Made by a program: the position numbers and the translations under genes. Shown in pieces: positions 62,601 through 64,000 of a DNA stretch of 64,000 nucleotides. The stretch is taken from positions 19,408,001 through 19,472,000 of the forward strand of contig NC_058368.1 in the NCBI RefSeq assembly GCF_018350175.1. The letters are read 5' to 3'. Position 1 is the stretch's first letter; every line of letters begins with the position of its first letter. Source of the DNA: Felis catus (taxonomy: Eukaryota). The notes below the pieces were generated by a model. That model was given only the letters and a program-made list of their open reading frames with translations, did no database searches and was not told where the DNA came from.

Positions 62601-62655
62601 TTGGCTGCAGCACGTCTAACAAGTAGCTCATTTTCTGCCAACGAAGGAGAATTGG
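16607..62655 (+). CDS. NEK5: NEK5 serine/threonine kinase, first 20 coding exons (3' end beyond the window)
   Basis: The spliced frame is open for 2122 nt from [18 protein letters not shown]. Kinase motifs [29 protein letters not shown] and DIWSLG are intact, followed by a tail with [11 protein letters not shown] and [14 protein letters not shown] typical of NEK5. Confidence 0.96.
17211..17450 (-). mobile_element. CanSINE
   Basis: TSD ctgaatggcattta. Confidence 0.93.
17846..17958 (+). mobile_element. Short CanSINE
   Basis: gttcgagccccacgttgggtgtagag...A tail; TSD gcaaaat. Confidence 0.75.
18080..18312 (-). mobile_element. Young SINEC_Fc-type CanSINE
   Basis: CpG-rich; TSD atactttaccaca. 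Confidence 0.95.
18405..18610 (+). mobile_element. CanSINE
   Basis: ggggcgcctgagtggctcag head, (CT)n, aataaa tail. Confidence 0.92.
19780..19995 (-). mobile_element. CanSINE
   Basis: Reverse head and tail. Confidence 0.9.
20042..20257 (-). mobile_element. CanSINE
   Basis: Reverse head and tail. Confidence 0.9.
21160..21391 (-). mobile_element. Young SINEC_Fc-type CanSINE
   Basis: 20-bp TSD tataacaccattttaattct at 21142 and 21394. Confidence 0.96.
22178..22384 (-). mobile_element. CanSINE
   Basis: TSD core ggctatttt. Confidence 0.9.
22398..22623 (-). mobile_element. CanSINE
   Basis: TSD ctgggctattttt. Confidence 0.9.
23148..23368 (-). mobile_element. 5'-truncated felid-type L1 3' end
   Basis: aaatttacatccaaattagttagcatatagtgc...; TSD gagtcacttttt at 23136 and 23369. 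Confidence 0.85.
23383..23597 (-). mobile_element. CanSINE
   Basis: Reverse head, (AG)n. Confidence 0.9.
23667..23890 (+). mobile_element. CanSINE with long (CT)n
   Basis: Head, (CT)n, A-rich tail. Confidence 0.88.
24078..24300 (+). mobile_element. CanSINE
   Basis: Head, (CT)n; TSD actaataataa. Confidence 0.85.
24564..24793 (-). mobile_element. Young SINEC_Fc-type CanSINE
   Basis: TSD tctttgaccatgttttt; long pure poly-T. Confidence 0.95.
25180..25387 (-). mobile_element. CanSINE
   Basis: Reverse head, (AG)n. Confidence 0.9.
26093..26308 (-). mobile_element. CanSINE
   Basis: TSD caactgaaccttt. Confidence 0.92.
26560..26656 (+). CDS. NEK5: NEK5 exon ([32 protein letters not shown])
   Basis: ctttag|ATG...CAAG|gtttga; 97 nt; alphaC Glu and HPNIV motif. 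Confidence 0.94.
27820..28010 (-). mobile_element. CanSINE
   Basis: TSD tgtttcttacaa. Confidence 0.92.
28345..28391. repeat. (GT)n microsatellite
   Basis: Read directly. Confidence 0.97.
29100..29645. mobile_element. MaLR LTR (MLT1-like) inside an L2 remnant
   Basis: ttgctgtgtaac...ccacaaattcagtggcttgaaccaacac...ggggccaccttagaattctgcct; L2-like flanks. Confidence 0.65.
29990..30335 (+). mobile_element. Probable ERV solo LTR remnant
   Basis: ccaagagtaataaagtcctttgcctctggcccaggagtt, an LTR-type poly(A) region. Confidence 0.45.
33450..33547 (+). CDS. NEK5: NEK5 exon ([33 protein letters not shown])
   Basis: cttacag|AG...CAG|gtaaaa; 98 nt; hinge MEYCDGGDL. Confidence 0.95.
35211..35294 (+). 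CDS. NEK5: NEK5 exon ([28 protein letters not shown])
   Basis: ctacag|ATT...CAG|gtaaga; 84 nt; HRD catalytic loop. Confidence 0.96.
35385..35455 (+). CDS. NEK5: NEK5 exon ([23 protein letters not shown])
   Basis: ttatag|AAC...AA|gtaagt; 71 nt; DFG motif; follows a 90-nt intron. Confidence 0.96.
36523..36609 (+). CDS. NEK5: NEK5 exon ([28 protein letters not shown])
   Basis: tgctag|T...AC|gtgagt; 87 nt; activation loop and SPE. Confidence 0.96.
37508..37589. repeat. Perfect 40-bp tandem duplication
   Basis: tttaagtaaactgatttggtgcttctgataattggaaatc occurs twice. Confidence 0.97.
38607..38661 (+). CDS. NEK5: NEK5 exon ([18 protein letters not shown])
   Basis: ccccag|G...CCG|gtaagt; 55 nt; subdomain IX. 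Confidence 0.96.
38897..39125 (+). mobile_element. CanSINE
   Basis: Head ggggacacctgggtggctca, A-rich tail. Confidence 0.9.
39155..39590. mobile_element. MER21-like ERV LTR
   Basis: aaaccaagcacaagcttc...ggagtcacacaggat...gaaagcaggtgttcagcgtaaaccatattatttgcac. Confidence 0.7.
40573..40773 (+). CDS. NEK5: NEK5 exon ([16 protein letters not shown]...[25 protein letters not shown])
   Basis: ttccag|TTT...GAG|gtgagc; 201 nt, phase 0-0. Confidence 0.96.
40853..40934 (+). CDS. NEK5: NEK5 exon ([27 protein letters not shown])
   Basis: tcttag|GTC...CAAG|gtaaga; 82 nt; follows a 79-nt intron. Confidence 0.88.
41224..41469 (+). mobile_element. CanSINE with (CT)n
   Basis: TSD aagaaRtagaatcct. Confidence 0.92.
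41580..41859 (+). mobile_element. Young SINEC_Fc-type CanSINE with (AAAAT)n tail
   Basis: TSD aaaacagagaggat. Confidence 0.95.
42065..42137. repeat. (TG)n(AG)n compound microsatellite
   Basis: Read directly. Confidence 0.97.
42587..42664. repeat. 21-bp minisatellite, ~4 copies
   Basis: Unit ttacttgtacatatctgatta; third copy lacks 4 nt. Confidence 0.9.
42792..42970 (+). mobile_element. CanSINE
   Basis: TSD gcatggtg. Confidence 0.9.
43142..43275 (+). CDS. NEK5: NEK5 exon ([45 protein letters not shown])
   Basis: aaataag|AT...GCC|gtaagt; 134 nt, phase 1-0; weak acceptor. Confidence 0.88.
43607..43744 (-). mobile_element. Short CanSINE
   Basis: aaagtaggctccatgcc...gagatcaagacctga...cccaggagcccc. 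Confidence 0.85.
44140..44257 (+). mobile_element. Short CanSINE
   Basis: TSD aaagaaatttaaaagt. Confidence 0.88.
45701..45885 (+). CDS. NEK5: NEK5 exon ([29 protein letters not shown]...SPSPGQW)
   Basis: cttcag|ATA...TG|gtaatg; 185 nt, phase 0-2. Confidence 0.94.
46706..46772 (+). CDS. NEK5: NEK5 exon ([22 protein letters not shown])
   Basis: ttctaag|G...TTG|gtaagt; 67 nt, phase 2-0. Confidence 0.93.
46893..47117 (-). mobile_element. CanSINE (followed by a MIR at ~47150-47320)
   Basis: Reverse head, (AG)n. Confidence 0.88.
47701..47917 (+). mobile_element. Young SINEC_Fc-type CanSINE
   Basis: TSD aagaaaattctgctca. Confidence 0.96.
48039..48272 (+). mobile_element. CanSINE next to an NEK5 splice acceptor
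   Basis: TSD aattatttcattYga at 48024-48038 and 48273-48287. Confidence 0.94.
48295..48411 (+). CDS. NEK5: NEK5 exon ([39 protein letters not shown])
   Basis: tgatag|GGT...CAG|gttaga; 117 nt, phase 0-0. Confidence 0.92.
48688..49150. mobile_element. MaLR LTR (MLT1-like)
   Basis: gggctgcc...acaaagtacaacaaactgg...ctatttccaaataaggtcacattctgaggtactgg...caacccataa. Confidence 0.8.
49407..49493 (+). CDS. NEK5: NEK5 exon ([29 protein letters not shown]), coiled-coil-like
   Basis: ttccag|GAA...GAG|gtgaat; 87 nt, phase 0-0. Confidence 0.94.
51091..51183 (+). CDS. NEK5: NEK5 exon ([31 protein letters not shown])
   Basis: ttttag|GAG...CAG|gtgatg; 93 nt, phase 0-0. Confidence 0.9.
51245..51445 (-). 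mobile_element. CanSINE
   Basis: Reverse head, T tail ~60 nt after an exon donor. Confidence 0.88.
52289..52334. repeat. (CA)n microsatellite
   Basis: Read directly. Confidence 0.97.
53505..53585 (+). CDS. NEK5: NEK5 exon ([27 protein letters not shown])
   Basis: ttgcag|GAT...AAG|gtaata; 81 nt, phase 0-0. Confidence 0.9.
53818..53886 (+). CDS. NEK5: NEK5 exon ([23 protein letters not shown])
   Basis: ttctag|AGA...GAG|gtatgc; 69 nt, phase 0-0. Confidence 0.9.
54610..54833 (-). mobile_element. Young SINEC_Fc-type CanSINE
   Basis: TSD ttagatgtttttgtttt. Confidence 0.95.
54850..55160 (-). mobile_element. L1M (L1MA/MB-like) 3' fragment
   Basis: gcaaaaatgagcagaaggtacagagatttccca...attagggttcactcttgg. 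Confidence 0.7.
55880..55988 (+). CDS. NEK5: NEK5 exon ([36 protein letters not shown])
   Basis: ctttag|GTA...GCAG|gtacgt; 109 nt, phase 0-1. Confidence 0.88.
56455..56670 (+). mobile_element. MIR
   Basis: ctgtgtgacctt...ctctgaacctcagcttcctc...cctggcacatagtaggtgct. Confidence 0.75.
59020..60040 (+). mobile_element. Carnivore L1 3' kilobase (degenerate ORF2 end and 3'UTR, internal (CA)n)
   Basis: ORF 59139-59399 gives [23 protein letters not shown]...[18 protein letters not shown], the L1 ORF2 C-terminus; A-rich tail. Confidence 0.92.
60803..61178. mobile_element. MaLR LTR (MLT1A-like)
   Basis: ttagtctgtttgggctgctataacaaaatgcca...ataagagcactaatcccattcatgagggctccaccctcatgacct...cattcagtctgtaaca. 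Confidence 0.85.
61321..61470 (+). CDS. NEK5: NEK5 exon ([50 protein letters not shown])
   Basis: actcag|AG...CAGT|gtaagt; 150 nt, phase 1-1; the 3' border is less certain (see findings). Confidence 0.85.
62518..62655 (+). CDS. NEK5: NEK5 exon ([45 protein letters not shown])
   Basis: cttcag|GT...TTGG|gtatgc; 138 nt, phase 1-1. Confidence 0.88.
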
Positions 62656-64000
62656 GTATGCAGTTTATTTTTAAAAATATAACCAGTCGCCTGAGGAACT
62701 TTGTCAGAGACCTGTAAATGTAGAAAGGGGATAAAAATACCTTCAGCCCAGAGAGAGAACTGTAAAGGTCTCAGCCTTTGCAGAAGCTGATTTGCTTTGT
62801 CCGAGCCCGTTCCAAATGCTGCTAACAAAAGACTCGAGCTTCTGAGAAAAGTGGGGTAATTTTCTTTAAGGTAATCAGTTGACAACCGGTGAAAATAAGT
62901 AAGTAGGGCAAGTGGCTTTGTAGATGATGAGCTGGTCTTGCTTAGCTCTACCTGACAGTATATTTCTGACAGCTATTCAATAGACAGATTATCCTATAGG
63001 CAATGAAAATGCATCATAATAGAGTTTCTTAGCTTTGGGAGGTTTTTTTTTTTTTATTTTGCCTTTATTTTGATTTTTAGCAAGATTATGTTTGTGTTTG
63101 CCTTATGGAAAGCCAACCATCATTTTCAAAAGTTTGAGGCAATTCCTATTTTGGGATTTTGTCTTTGCTCAGGTGTGCAATGCTACAAGGACGTTGCCAT
63201 AGGCAGGCAGGTGCCTCGGCACAGGTGCGAGGTTAGGGACCCTGTGTTTCAGGGCGAGATTGAGGTGGTAAGGAGGCATAGATACAAGCTAGGTATAACA
63301 GAGGCTGATAAAGAACGATGCAAAAATGTGTACAACCTTGAGAATAATGTAAGATAGGCACCTTCCTACCCAAGAGTGAGCCGGCCAGTTTGTGAAGCCT
63401 AAACTTCACAAACTTTGTGAAATCTTTGTGAAAGTTGAGTCTTCAAGAATGTAGAGAAGAAAGAACGTATCACGTGGGAAGGACATACAGGTACACGAGT
63501 CTGTGTCAGGCCCTGAGAAAAGCAGTTTGACTAAAATTTAGGAGAAGTAGAGGGGGCCAGAGTCCCTGAGTGTAAGAAGTCCTTCGAAATCCTTCGCTCT
63601 TACTACCTCTATCAGTTGACACACTGTTGCTTAAAACTTAAGAGAGAGAGGGAGAAAGGGAGAAACTGCCTTTAAGACTCTCTTTCCAGTACTTTCAAAT
63701 TATAAAAAGCAATGTAATTGTCTGTTTGTTTGCTCCCTTCCCTCTGTGCTGGGCTAAAAGCATTGTCCCTGAGGATGGGACTGGAGGCGGTAAGGAGGAA
63801 GCTTTGGGCTGACCTGGTTTGGCCTGGAAGCCAAGGGCTGGGACCCCAGGCCAGGTAGGAAGGATGGTGTTCCTCTTTCAAGACACTGAGGTGGGGACAT
63901 ACTTGGTGGCTATGATGCCTCTGCTTCCATTTGTGCCTGTGATTCTTAGAGAGAGTTATAGAAAACCTTCATTTGGTCTGTCATGCCTAATTAATTAATT

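Overview
Eukaryotic genomic DNA from a carnivore, almost certainly a felid: it carries many CanSINE copies of the SINEC_Fc type plus carnivore L1 3' ends. Two tandem NIMA-related kinase genes lie on the + strand. The first is the 3' half of NEK3 (8 coding exons, 88-11443, 303 aa to the stop). After a CpG-island promoter (~14.8-15.8 kb) with an RFX X-box come the first 20 coding exons of NEK5 (ATG 16607 to 62655, 707 codons, continuing past the window). I read every exon by hand: all have GT-AG borders, consistent phases and no internal stops. Nearly all ORFs in the supplied track are artefacts of SINEs, microsatellites or antisense exons. The most interesting observations are: (1) the NEK3 penultimate donor joins the NEK5 first coding exon in frame without a stop, allowing a possible two-kinase read-through protein; (2) a repeated R[RK]QW-x4-P helix module sits on symmetric phase-1 exons in both genes; (3) an NEK5 donor appears lost and replaced 21 nt downstream; (4) a SINE is inserted 7 nt from an NEK5 acceptor; (5) inverted SINEs flank five phase-0 exons; (6) an A8 run at an NEK3 exon end acts as a frame switch. 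Repeat family names and human comparisons are from recall, not from searches. Repeat boundaries are approximate.
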